Shown in pieces: positions 37,649-46,585 of a stretch of DNA of 64,000 nt (position 1 is the first letter of the stretch; every line of letters begins with the position of its first letter). A program made the translations under genes and the position numbers. The stretch spans positions 28,380 through 92,379 of the forward strand of contig JBKHCS010000002.1 of assembly GCA_046541715.1 (NCBI GenBank), read 5' to 3'. Below the pieces are notes generated by a model. The model made no database searches. It was not told the origin of the DNA and was given only the letters and a program-made list of their open reading frames with translations. The stretch comes from Spirochaetaceae bacterium (GTDB taxonomy: Bacteria > Spirochaetota > Spirochaetia > DSM-27196 > PWMO01).

Positions 37649-38299
37649 TTGACCATGACCGGCTGCGGAATCGAGTCCATCACCTTCGTCGAAGGACCGT
37701 TGGAAGACGAGATAGACTCAGAGCTTTTTCTTGCGGAAATAACCTTCGATCATAACAACAGTACCGCAAACCAGAGCGACGACTTTCTCGGCTACGAGCT
37801 GTACTACAAGCTCTACGCGAATAACACCACCGACGACCCATACGTCGGCGATCAAAACAGCATTCTCGCGGAGCCGGTGCCCACCGGCATCGGCCGATTG
37901 ACCAACCGCGGCTACCGGCGAATCATAAGGGGGCAACAGGAGGCCGCGATCCCAACGATACTGGTGACGAACAAGGGACTTGGGTACACCATTACGCTGG
38001 ATTTTTTCGAATCTCCGGATGACCCGGAGGACGACGACGCCACGGCGAGCTGGAACGACGGTTCGCCGTCGGACGTTGACCTTCGGCGGAACACCCCCGG
38101 GGCCACCTCGGGTAGCTTCAAGAGTTTTTTCGGAGAGTACGAGGAAGACGACGAAGACGCGGACGCGGAGATCGTCGACGCGCAGGCGGACGGAGAGCTC
38201 GGGATCGCGATCTACGCCCTGGGATACGGAATCGAGGGCGGGACTTTTCGGCAGCTATACTCCGAGGCGGTGTTTCTCGGCTACTTGCTGCTGCAATAG
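37649..38299 (+). CDS. acidic lipoprotein-like protein; true start probably upstream (see findings)
   Basis: The longest canonical-start ORF begins at TTG 37649. That puts the Cys of TMTGC at residue 6 with no signal peptide. The in-frame upstream sequence encodes the missing signal peptide. Confidence 0.5.
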   Translation: MTMTGCGIESITFVEGPLEDEIDSELFLAEITFDHNNSTANQSDDFLGYELYYKLYANNTTDDPYVGDQNSILAEPVPTGIGRLTNRGYRRIIRGQQEAAIPTILVTNKGLGYTITLDFFESPDDPEDDDATASWNDGSPSDVDLRRNTPGATSGSFKSFFGEYEEDDEDADAEIVDAQADGELGIAIYALGYGIEGGTFRQLYSEAVFLGYLLLQ

Positions 38300-38314
38300 A
38301 ATGGGAAGAAGAAC

Positions 38315-38602
38315 ATGATTGCATACTACCTAGGCATCGGGCTGACATACGCTGTAATCGGATTCGGGGCTGCCTTGCTTTTCTACTTCGGCCTCAAGAA
38401 ACAGTACCTCGGCAAGTTCTGGGGCGCCTTGATCGTCGGACTCATAGGAGCCTTCGCCGGGGGTGTCTTCGCCCTCGTCTTCGAGGACCTGATCGAGCGC
38501 CTGGCGAACCTCAACGATTCGGTGAATATCTTTCCGCCGATCATCGTCTCGACGCTGTTTCTGGTCTTCTTTGGGAGCATCGGCTCCCAGGGGCGGAAAT
38601 AG
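38315..38602 (+). CDS. small 3-TM membrane protein (GlsB/YeaQ/YmgE-like)
   Basis: 95 aa with Gly-rich TM helices (IVGLIGAFAGGVFALVF). It starts 15 nt after the preceding gene. Confidence 0.55.
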   Translation: MIAYYLGIGLTYAVIGFGAALLFYFGLKKQYLGKFWGALIVGLIGAFAGGVFALVFEDLIERLANLNDSVNIFPPIIVSTLFLVFFGSIGSQGRK

Positions 38603-38766
38603 GAGACGCGGAAGCCGGAGACACCCGTCAACCCGTCAACAGGGTTGTTGATACCCCTTCACTTCCGATAAGGGATATTCTGTCTACTTATGCGATACTA
38701 CTCATATGATATGGGCTTTATCGGGGCTTGGCCCCCTTCCGAGATTCCTGGTATACAACCTCTGTG

Positions 38767-39564
38767 ATGCCTGAATCCTCTCAGACGAATATGAATGCCT
38801 TCGGCGCACTCGTCGACGTTCTGCGCACCCTCCGGGGTCCTGACGGGTGTCCCTGGGACCGGGAACAGACTCCGGAGACGCTGAAGTCCTACTTGATAGA
38901 AGAAGGGTACGAGACGGTAGAAGCGATCAATCGAGGGGTCGCGACGGAGGTCGAAGAAGAGCTCGGGGACACGCTCCTGATCGTCCTTCTTATCGTTCTC
39001 TCCTACGAGGAGGACAAGCGCCTCTCCCTTACGAATGTTTTAGAAACGCTCACGACCAAACTGATCCGCCGGCATCCTCACGTCTTCGGGGAGAGCGCCG
39101 CGCGCACGAGCGGCGAGGTGGTGAAGCAATGGGAAGAGATCAAGCAGGAAGAGAAGCCGGAGCGGAAGAAGGGGCTCCTCGACGACATATCGCACCACTA
39201 CCCTCCCCTCGAGCGTGCCCGGCGCATGCAGAAACGGGCTAAACGGGTCGGCTTCGATTGGCCGGAAACGCGTTACGTCTACGACAAGGTGGAGGAGGAG
39301 TTACGAGAGCTCAAAGCCATCGGCGGGGGCTCGTCGGACGGGGAGCAGGGCGCCCGGGAGGAAGAAATCGGGGATCTACTGTTTACCGTCGTCAACCTTG
39401 CCCGGCATCTCGGGGTCGACCCGTCGGTCGCCCTAAACGGCGCAAACGAGAAGTTCTACCGGCGGTTCAAGTCGATGGAGAGCTCCGTCGACGGTTCGAC
39501 CTTAGACGGACTGGGCGCAGAAGAACTAGAGAAGCTTTGGGAGGCCGCCAAGGCGGTAAAGTAG
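38767..39564 (+). CDS. mazG: nucleoside triphosphate pyrophosphohydrolase MazG
   Basis: Start at ATG 38767. GCPWDREQT motif and tandem EExGD(L/T)L MazG repeats. Confidence 0.9.
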   Translation: MPESSQTNMNAFGALVDVLRTLRGPDGCPWDREQTPETLKSYLIEEGYETVEAINRGVATEVEEELGDTLLIVLLIVLSYEEDKRLSLTNVLETLTTKLIRRHPHVFGESAARTSGEVVKQWEEIKQEEKPERKKGLLDDISHHYPPLERARRMQKRAKRVGFDWPETRYVYDKVEEELRELKAIGGGSSDGEQGAREEEIGDLLFTVVNLARHLGVDPSVALNGANEKFYRRFKSMESSVDGSTLDGLGAEELEKLWEAAKAVK

Positions 39565-42077
39565 TCCTCCCCGGTACCGTCGGCGCCCCGGGCCAGGCTC
39601 GAAACCCTGTGTATCGAAAGCTTCTGGTAGTCTTCTTCGAGAATGCTTAGAAGGGTCTTCTTGAGACCCCTGCCGCCGGCTCCGTCCTGAGAGTATCGCA
39701 ACAGAAGGCTCTCGGAAGCGCCTTCGCCCTGCCTTCGGTGCTCCCTAGAAACGCACCATTCGGGCTCCTCCCGGTCCAGAAAAGTGAGAACCTTTCCAAG
39801 AGCCTCCGGGTCGCCCGAAAGACGGAAATCGCCCCCCCAATACATGCTCATCAACGAAAGACGTAAGGCGGGCGGTGGATAGAGAGCAGCTTTAGTCACC
39901 TCGAACCCCTCCGGGAGGGCCCCGTTGATCGCGGCCTTGAGCTCCTCCGCCGATGGGCCCGGGGCCGAAGCTCCTGGCTCACCGGATTCCGGAACCGATA
40001 GAAGCACCAGGGCGAGCTCTTCCTCCGAGGAGATACCCACCGACAGAGGTTGGGCAAACTGAAGCCGTGGCTTCGGGTTGAACCCCTCGGTAAAAGCAGC
40101 GGGTACCCTCCCCCGCTGGAATGCACGCTCGAAGAGGGCCATCGTGCTCAGGTGGGGTAGATAGGAAGCCGGACCACTCTTTCGGAACGCGAAAAGCAGC
40201 GTTCCCGTGGGTTTGAGAACGTGGTCCGGAGGGGCGGCTTCGTCGGGCGGCGCGGCGGGGAGCGTAGCCGGAACTTCCCCCGGAAGGACCCTGGGTCGCG
40301 TGTCCCGGTTACACACACCGCAGGGTTCCCGACACTCGGGAGCGCAATACTCGGTAAGCTTCCCCTCGAGGGAACGGCGGTACTCCCGCTTGAGAATCGA
40401 AGGGGCAACCCCGATCGAGACATCGTCCCAGGGAAGCGGGGCGTCGAGGCTTCGTTCTCCGAGGGTCTCCCCGAAAACGTCCCACCCGGCTGCGTCGATC
40501 GCGTCCTGCCACGCCGCTTTCCGGAAGTGCTCGTCCCAGGGATCCAGATAGCATCCCCGGGCGGCCGCGTCGAGGATCAACTCCCCTACTCGGCGGTCTC
40601 CCCTACTGATGACACCTTCCAAGGCCGAGGTAAAAGGATCCGGGTAGCCCATCTTGATGCCGAGCCCCTTGAGCAGTTGCTTGGTGCGGCGAAGCTGTGA
40701 GTCGGCTTCCGGAGGGGATAGCTGCCGGGCCCACTGGAAGGGAGTGTGGGGCTTCGGGACGAAGGTTGTGACGGTAACGTTCATCCGGACCTTGAGCCCG
40801 GAACGGATAGCTGCGAGGTGCTCGGCGATCTCTTCGGGTGTGTTTCGCCCCTCCCCGGGGAGGCCGATCATAAAGTAGAACTTCGCGACCTTCCATCCTT
40901 GTTCTACCGCCTCCGAGAGAACCTCCCGGGTACGCTCCCGGGGAACGAGCTTGTTTACGCTTAACTGTCCGGCCTCCGTCGGCGTCTCGACGGCGAAGGT
41001 GAGCCCGCTGCGGCGAACGCGCGAAATCTCCGCAAGCAGCGGCAGTGTCAGCGAATTGACTCGAAGGGAGGGCAACGAGAAGGAAACGCCCCGCCTTCCG
41101 TACTTCTCGTTTAGAAAGCGAAACAGCCCGAAAATGTCCCGGTAATCACCGGAGCTCAACGAAGAGAGGGTGATCTCCCGGTACCCTAGCTCGTCGACGA
41201 GGTAGGCTATCTCGGCATCGATGACTTCGACGTCTTTCATCCGGTACGGCCGGTAATAGACGCCGGCGCTGCAAAATCTGCATCCCTGGGGGCAGCCCCG
41301 CATAATCTCGACGACTCCGTGATCGTGGACCACCCGTTGGCTCGGAATTGGAGTGCCGGCAAACACCGGCTCCTTTCCAAAACCCCGCCAGACGGCTCTC
41401 CTGGCCCTCTGCGGCTTTCCGGAAACCCAGACGTGCGGATTCTCCTCCAATACCGACATCTGCTGTTCTCGGGTCGCCACGCGGCCGCCTCTTCCGGGGC
41501 CCCCTTTCCCGCGGCGCTTGATCTCCGCCAAGGACGCGAGTATCTCGGGAAAGACGCCCTCCGCTTCTCCGAGGAAGAGACCGTCGAAGAAGGCGGACCA
41601 TGGAGCGGGGTTAACGGTACCGGGTCCGCCGCCGATTAGGAGGGGCGCTGGGGCGTTTTGGGGTGAGCGTCGCCGGGAGGCCAGGGGGTCGACCCGGCCG
41701 CTTTCCAACAACCCGACGAGGGTCGTCGCGGCAAGCTCGTATCCGATGGTAACGGCGATCAGGTCGACCTGCGAAAGAGGGGTTCGACTCTCGAGGGTAA
41801 AGAGAGGGATGCCTGCCTCTTTCAGCTCCTCCCGGAAATCCGGAGCCGGGGCAAATACCCTCTCGCAGGATACCCCCGGGGTGTCGTTGGCCATCTTGTA
41901 GAGCAAGCGGAGGGCGTAGTTCGACATCCCTATTTCGTAGAGATCAGGAAAGCAGAGGGCCACGCGAAGCGAGTCGGAGTCGGGTCGTGCTACCACCGAG
42001 CCGAACTCGCCACCGACGTAACGCCCCGGGTATTCGACCCGCATCAGAAGCGGGTGGAGATCCGAGAGGGAGATCAC
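39456..42077 (-). CDS. fused B12-binding-like radical SAM protein (TIGR03960-like) with a C-terminal DUF2344/TIGR03936-like domain
   Basis: The GTG at 42077 overlaps the rodA TGA (GTGA). N-terminus ...VEYPGRYVGGEFG and radical SAM cluster motif RGCPQGCRFCSAG. The C-terminal part has HLSTMALFERAFQRGRVPAAFTEGFNPKPR. ORF codons upstream of 42077 lie inside rodA. Confidence 0.85.
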   Translation of the reverse strand: MISLSDLHPLLMRVEYPGRYVGGEFGSVVARPDSDSLRVALCFPDLYEIGMSNYALRLLYKMANDTPGVSCERVFAPAPDFREELKEAGIPLFTLESRTPLSQVDLIAVTIGYELAATTLVGLLESGRVDPLASRRRSPQNAPAPLLIGGGPGTVNPAPWSAFFDGLFLGEAEGVFPEILASLAEIKRRGKGGPGRGGRVATREQQMSVLEENPHVWVSGKPQRARRAVWRGFGKEPVFAGTPIPSQRVVHDHGVVEIMRGCPQGCRFCSAGVYYRPYRMKDVEVIDAEIAYLVDELGYREITLSSLSSGDYRDIFGLFRFLNEKYGRRGVSFSLPSLRVNSLTLPLLAEISRVRRSGLTFAVETPTEAGQLSVNKLVPRERTREVLSEAVEQGWKVAKFYFMIGLPGEGRNTPEEIAEHLAAIRSGLKVRMNVTVTTFVPKPHTPFQWARQLSPPEADSQLRRTKQLLKGLGIKMGYPDPFTSALEGVISRGDRRVGELILDAAARGCYLDPWDEHFRKAAWQDAIDAAGWDVFGETLGERSLDAPLPWDDVSIGVAPSILKREYRRSLEGKLTEYCAPECREPCGVCNRDTRPRVLPGEVPATLPAAPPDEAAPPDHVLKPTGTLLFAFRKSGPASYLPHLSTMALFERAFQRGRVPAAFTEGFNPKPRLQFAQPLSVGISSEEELALVLLSVPESGEPGASAPGPSAEELKAAINGALPEGFEVTKAALYPPPALRLSLMSMYWGGDFRLSGDPEALGKVLTFLDREEPEWCVSREHRRQGEGASESLLLRYSQDGAGGRGLKKTLLSILEEDYQKLSIHRVSSLARGADGTGEDYFTALAASQSFSSSSAPSPSKVEPSTELSIDLNRR

Positions 42078-43387
42078 GAGTATCGAAACCGGTGGAGATA
42101 AATGCTCATCAGGATCCCGACGCTCATCATACCGGTCCAGAGGGCGGAACCGCCGTGAGAAAGGAAGAGAAGAGGTATGCCGGTAATCGGCATAATTCCC
42201 ATCGCCATTCCCACGTTTACGAGAAAGTGAAAGAAGATAAGGCCGACGATCCCGGTGGCGACAAGAGAGGCAAAGCCGTCTTTGGCCGTAGAGGCGATGT
42301 GGAGGCCCCGGAGCATCAACACCAGAAAGAGTCCAAAGACCAGGAGCGATCCGAGGAAACCCCACTCCTCCGCCAGAATGGAAAAGATGAAGTCGGTGCT
42401 CTGCTGCGGAAGGTACTGATAATGGCTTTGGGTTCCTTTTAGAAAGCCCTTGCCGAATGGCCCCCCGGATCCGACGGCAGTTACCGATTGAATGATATTC
42501 CACCCGGAACCCCGGGGATCGACATAGGGGTCTAGAAAGACGATCAGCCGCATTATCTGATACTGCCGGAGGACCCGGGCGGTAGCGACTGCAGCCACCA
42601 GGCTCCCGCCGGCCAGAGAGGAGAGGTAGACAATCCAGTAGAAGTAGCGACGTTTCATTAGAAACAAGCCGACAAGCGCCAAGAGCGACACGCTGACGAT
42701 GCTAAGGAGCACCAGACCGGTAATCCGCGGGTCCGTTACCAGCCGGACAATGGGCACGCTCTGCTGACGAATATGGGTCTCCCATGCCGGAAGCCCCGCG
42801 AGAACAAAGGTGATCACTCCGAGAACGACGACGTAGAGGACGTGACGAAGCTTCGCCCCGGCGGCAAAGGCCATGAGAAGATAGATGGGCGGAAACACCA
42901 GGGCCGTCCCTAAGTCCGGTTGAAGCACTACGAGTAGGACGGGCGCTAAGGTGATGGAAAAGCCGACGAGGAAGGTTGGTAAGCGGTCTATCGACTTTCT
43001 ATGTTGATCGAGAAAACGCGCAAGAAGCAGAATGGTCGCGAGCTTGGCAAACTCAGACGGCTGGATACCGAGGTTGCCGATCCCAATCCAGGACCTGGCT
43101 CCGTTGACCACCTTACCGAAGAAAAGGGTAAGGACCAGAATTGCGAGAATGATGCCATAGACGTAGGGAGTGGTGCCTTTAAGTCTACTGTAATCGAGAA
43201 AGGACAATCCGACGAGCAAGACCAAGCCGGAGGATGCCCAAACAATTTGCCGGAGGTACTCCGTCGAAAAGAGCTCTCCCGTCGAGGTTATCCCGCTGGA
43301 ATAGATAAAGAGGATGCCGATGACGATAAGGCTTAAGGTACTTGCGAGGATGTAGACGTCGAAGGCGAAGAGCGATCTCGAGCGCAT
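42074..43387 (-). CDS. rodA: peptidoglycan glycosyltransferase RodA (SEDS family)
   Basis: The ATG at 43387 overlaps the mrdA TAA. A 10-TM FtsW/RodA/SpoVE-type sequence ending in ...GGSALWTGMMSVGILMS. Confidence 0.92.
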   Translation of the reverse strand: MRSRSLFAFDVYILASTLSLIVIGILFIYSSGITSTGELFSTEYLRQIVWASSGLVLLVGLSFLDYSRLKGTTPYVYGIILAILVLTLFFGKVVNGARSWIGIGNLGIQPSEFAKLATILLLARFLDQHRKSIDRLPTFLVGFSITLAPVLLVVLQPDLGTALVFPPIYLLMAFAAGAKLRHVLYVVVLGVITFVLAGLPAWETHIRQQSVPIVRLVTDPRITGLVLLSIVSVSLLALVGLFLMKRRYFYWIVYLSSLAGGSLVAAVATARVLRQYQIMRLIVFLDPYVDPRGSGWNIIQSVTAVGSGGPFGKGFLKGTQSHYQYLPQQSTDFIFSILAEEWGFLGSLLVFGLFLVLMLRGLHIASTAKDGFASLVATGIVGLIFFHFLVNVGMAMGIMPITGIPLLFLSHGGSALWTGMMSVGILMSIYLHRFRYS

Positions 43388-45243
43388 TACATATACCAGA
43401 GGGGACGAGGTCCCCGGCGGAGGGAGGTGACGGTCGCATCGTAGTCCTGATCGGTAAAGATTCCGTGAAGGATGATGTTCGCCGCCTTCGGTGCCCACCA
43501 CTCCCATTCGTTGGCGGCATCAACCAAGACGGCTACCACAACCCGCTCGTCGGGGTTCGAAACCTCGTACGGCGCGTAGGCGACAAACCAGGAGTGCCAG
43601 GTGTCCTCGGACCCAATCTCCCCGGTACCGGTCTTTCCGGCGGCCTCGACTGCCGGGGTCGTAATGACGACCTCGGCGGTGCCGTCTGTGATAACTCCCC
43701 GCATAGCCTCCCGGACGTGCCGGAAGGTCTCCGGGGACGCCGACATCTGAAAGAGGACCTCGGGCTCGGACCGCCGGATAACCTCGCCGGTCACCTGATC
43801 CCGAACCTCCCGCAAGAGTCTGGGAACGTACACCACCCCGTCGTTTACGATAAGCGACACCATATTCGCGATCTGGAGGGGCGTCACCGAAAGGTATCCC
43901 TGCCCGATGGAGAAGTTCGCCGTGTCGCCCCCTACCCAGGGACTGTTGAAACTCTGCTGTTTCCAGGTAGGTGACGGGACAAGGCCCGGAACCTCTCCCG
44001 GCAGGTCGACCCCCGTCGGCGTGCCGAATCCGAAACGGAGAGCGTAATCGGAGATCGTCTGGGCACCGAGGTACTCTACGCCCATCGTCCAGAAAAAGAC
44101 GTTGGACGACACCGCGAGACCTTCGTAGAGATTGAGTGGGCCGAACCCCTGGGGGCGCCAATCGTTGAATACCCGGTTTCCCAGGCGGTAGGTTCCGTTT
44201 GCGTTAACCGTTTCGTTCAGACCGAAGACCCCCTCCTCCAGGATCGCGGTTGTCATGAGGATCTTCCAGGTCGACGCCGGAGGGTAGCTGCTCTGGATGG
44301 TTCGGTTTAGAAAGGGTGAATTTGACGAGAGACTCACCTCCCGGAAGGCTTCCGACCCACCCCGGCCGTAGAACCGGTTGGGGTCGAAATGAGGATAGGA
44401 GGTCATCGCAAGGATTTCTCCGGTGCTCGGTTTTAACACCACGACGGCACCGATACGGTCCCCCAGGGCGTCCACCGAGAGCTGTTGTATCTTTCGGTCG
44501 AGGGTCAATACCAGGTTGTTTCCGAGTTCCGGGGGAATTTCCTCGGTTTCTTCGCTCATTCTTCGCCCGGCGGCGTCGACGGTTCGAAACCGGCGCCCCG
44601 GACGGCCTTGGAGAATCAAGTCGTACTGCTGCTCGATGCCGCTCTTCCCTACGACCGAATGGGCGGTGTACCCGCGGTTAAAGAGAACCTGCAACTCTTC
44701 GGGGGTAATGTCCCCGACGTACCCGAGCACATGGGCGGTGGCCGGTCCCTGGGTGTAGTTCCGGATCGGTTTGCTGTACCAGTGAACGCCCGGGAGGCGC
44801 TCGGAGCGCTCCGCGAGATACGCCAATTGGGAGAAGGCGAGACCCGAGACAAGCTCGATCTCCTGAAAAGAACCGTAGAGCTCCGGAGGGAGCTTTTCGG
44901 TAAGCGTTTGGAGGTCGATCGACAGAATCTCGGCTATGCGCTCAAGGGTCTCCTGGTGCTTTCCCTGAGGTATCTCCCCCGGTGTGACCATCAGGGCAAA
45001 TGAGTCGACATTGGCCACCAGTGGCACGTCGTAGTGTCGGTCGTAGATTTGTCCCCGTTGCGCCGGGATCGAGCTACTGCGGCGCTTCATGTGCTCCGCC
45101 CGAAGAGAATAGACGTAGCCGTCGACGACCTGGAGAGAGAAGAGGTGTCCGGAGTACACAAGGACCGAGAGAACGACCACCGCCGAAATGATAAGGAGCC
45201 GAAGACGGGTGAAGCCGCCGTCAAAACCGGAAAAACCACTCAT
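43387..45243 (-). CDS. mrdA: penicillin-binding protein 2 (elongasome transpeptidase)
   Basis: N-terminal TM. Transpeptidase motifs STWK, SSN and KTGT. Confidence 0.93.
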   Translation of the reverse strand: MSGFSGFDGGFTRLRLLIISAVVVLSVLVYSGHLFSLQVVDGYVYSLRAEHMKRRSSSIPAQRGQIYDRHYDVPLVANVDSFALMVTPGEIPQGKHQETLERIAEILSIDLQTLTEKLPPELYGSFQEIELVSGLAFSQLAYLAERSERLPGVHWYSKPIRNYTQGPATAHVLGYVGDITPEELQVLFNRGYTAHSVVGKSGIEQQYDLILQGRPGRRFRTVDAAGRRMSEETEEIPPELGNNLVLTLDRKIQQLSVDALGDRIGAVVVLKPSTGEILAMTSYPHFDPNRFYGRGGSEAFREVSLSSNSPFLNRTIQSSYPPASTWKILMTTAILEEGVFGLNETVNANGTYRLGNRVFNDWRPQGFGPLNLYEGLAVSSNVFFWTMGVEYLGAQTISDYALRFGFGTPTGVDLPGEVPGLVPSPTWKQQSFNSPWVGGDTANFSIGQGYLSVTPLQIANMVSLIVNDGVVYVPRLLREVRDQVTGEVIRRSEPEVLFQMSASPETFRHVREAMRGVITDGTAEVVITTPAVEAAGKTGTGEIGSEDTWHSWFVAYAPYEVSNPDERVVVAVLVDAANEWEWWAPKAANIILHGIFTDQDYDATVTSLRRGPRPLWYM

Positions 45244-45737
45244 AAACGTTGCTCCGAGCGAAGGACCGGTACGAGCTTGAGCACCGCGAAAAGGATGGGA
45301 CCCAAGACCGCCGTGTATACTACCTCGATGGCGGCCCGGCCGGGTATCAATGGGTCGATACTCCCCTCGAAGGCGAAGAGAACCGCCAATAGAGAGCCGA
45401 GAATCAGCTTAAGTACAGTTGCACCCACCATCAAGAGAATCGGCATAAAAATCGGGTCGAGGAGCATTCGGTTGTGCGTCGTGCCCGCGGCGAAACCGAC
45501 CAGGGTCCTGAGAAGGGCGTGGTAACCCGGGGGAGCCAAACTCAAGAAGTCCTCGGTCATACCCGCAACGAACCCGACGCTCTCCCCGACGAGGGGGCCG
45601 TGGTAGTGCGCCAAAAAGACCACGACGATCAGAATAAGGTCCGGTTGTACATTCCGAATCTCGAGGATTCTCAAGAGGTTCGTCTGCCCGATGACGATCA
45701 GAATTAAGAGGATACTTCCCGCGACAATCGTACGCAT
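45240..45737 (-). CDS. mreD: rod shape-determining protein MreD
   Basis: Small polytopic membrane protein between mreC and mrdA. The start is ATG 45737 or GTG 45740, overlapping the mreC stop. Confidence 0.8.
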   Translation of the reverse strand: MRTIVAGSILLILIVIGQTNLLRILEIRNVQPDLILIVVVFLAHYHGPLVGESVGFVAGMTEDFLSLAPPGYHALLRTLVGFAAGTTHNRMLLDPIFMPILLMVGATVLKLILGSLLAVLFAFEGSIDPLIPGRAAIEVVYTAVLGPILFAVLKLVPVLRSEQRL

Positions 45738-46582
45738 CACCGTTCGAATTCCGGACCTACCACGAAAACGTACTCCAGACGCCCAAAGTCTATCGCAGGC
45801 TCTACCAAGAGTTCCAGGGACGACTCGTAGGGTCGTGCCTGAATCTCGAGAACCGTTCCGATGACGATACCCCGGGGATAGAAGGAGTTCATTCCCGATG
45901 TAACGACAACGTCCCCATATCCCACGGCACTCCGGGCGGTTGCCGCGACAAACCGCATCACAATCCGCCGTCCGGCCGCCCCGCCCCCTTGAACGAGTCC
46001 CTCATGGCGCGATTCCTGCAGGCGTGCGGCGACAAAGAGGCTCGAATCGAACAATGGCATTACCTGGGCGTAGTTGGACCCTACCTCGACGACCTTGCCG
46101 ACCAGTCCCTGGCGCCCATTCTGAATGGCCACAACCGCCATGTCACGCTCGATTCCAGCCGACGATCCTTTGTTGAGGGTAATCGTAGAAAAGTGATTGC
46201 TCGGATCCTTTCCGACAATCTGGGCGGGAATAGTGGAACCCGGGAGGGATTCGGCGTAACCCAGCTGCTCCCGGAGGCGGGCGTTCTCCCGTTCGAGCTC
46301 TGCAAGGTCCGCCGCGCCGGCTTCGAAGCCGCGCACCTGCTCTACCAACTCGAGATAGTCCCGGCGAAGCTCTCCGAGCTCCCGGACTGAGGTGATCGTA
46401 GAGACCACGTCGCGCCGGACCCGGAAGGTAAGCTCCTGTCCCGCCGAGAGGAGCGAGTGGAAAAGGCCCGGCCGTTCGGTTTCTTGTCTGGTGCTCAGTG
46501 CCAGCAGAACAAGGCAGACAGTTACCAACACGGCCAAGACAGCCGATGGTCGATGTTTAGAAATCGTTCCGCGTAAGTCCAC
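45737..46582 (-). CDS. mreC: rod shape-determining protein MreC
   Basis: N-terminal TM, a coiled coil (LERENARLREQL) and beta-rich domains (GLVGKVVEV, GIVIGTV). Confidence 0.9.
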   Translation of the reverse strand: MDLRGTISKHRPSAVLAVLVTVCLVLLALSTRQETERPGLFHSLLSAGQELTFRVRRDVVSTITSVRELGELRRDYLELVEQVRGFEAGAADLAELERENARLREQLGYAESLPGSTIPAQIVGKDPSNHFSTITLNKGSSAGIERDMAVVAIQNGRQGLVGKVVEVGSNYAQVMPLFDSSLFVAARLQESRHEGLVQGGGAAGRRIVMRFVAATARSAVGYGDVVVTSGMNSFYPRGIVIGTVLEIQARPYESSLELLVEPAIDFGRLEYVFVVGPEFER

Positions 46583-46585
46583 AGA

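Noticed and set aside
38629-38647. CAACCC-N7-GGGTTG hairpin after the small membrane protein gene considered as a terminator
   Set aside because: The stem is short and the downstream sequence is T-poor. Support is too weak to report as a feature.
42078-42503. N-terminal 142 codons of the 1015-aa radical SAM ORF
   Set aside because: This part lies entirely inside rodA in another frame and is R/G/P-rich. The conserved N-terminus (VEYPGRYVGGE) begins right after a GTG that overlaps the rodA stop.
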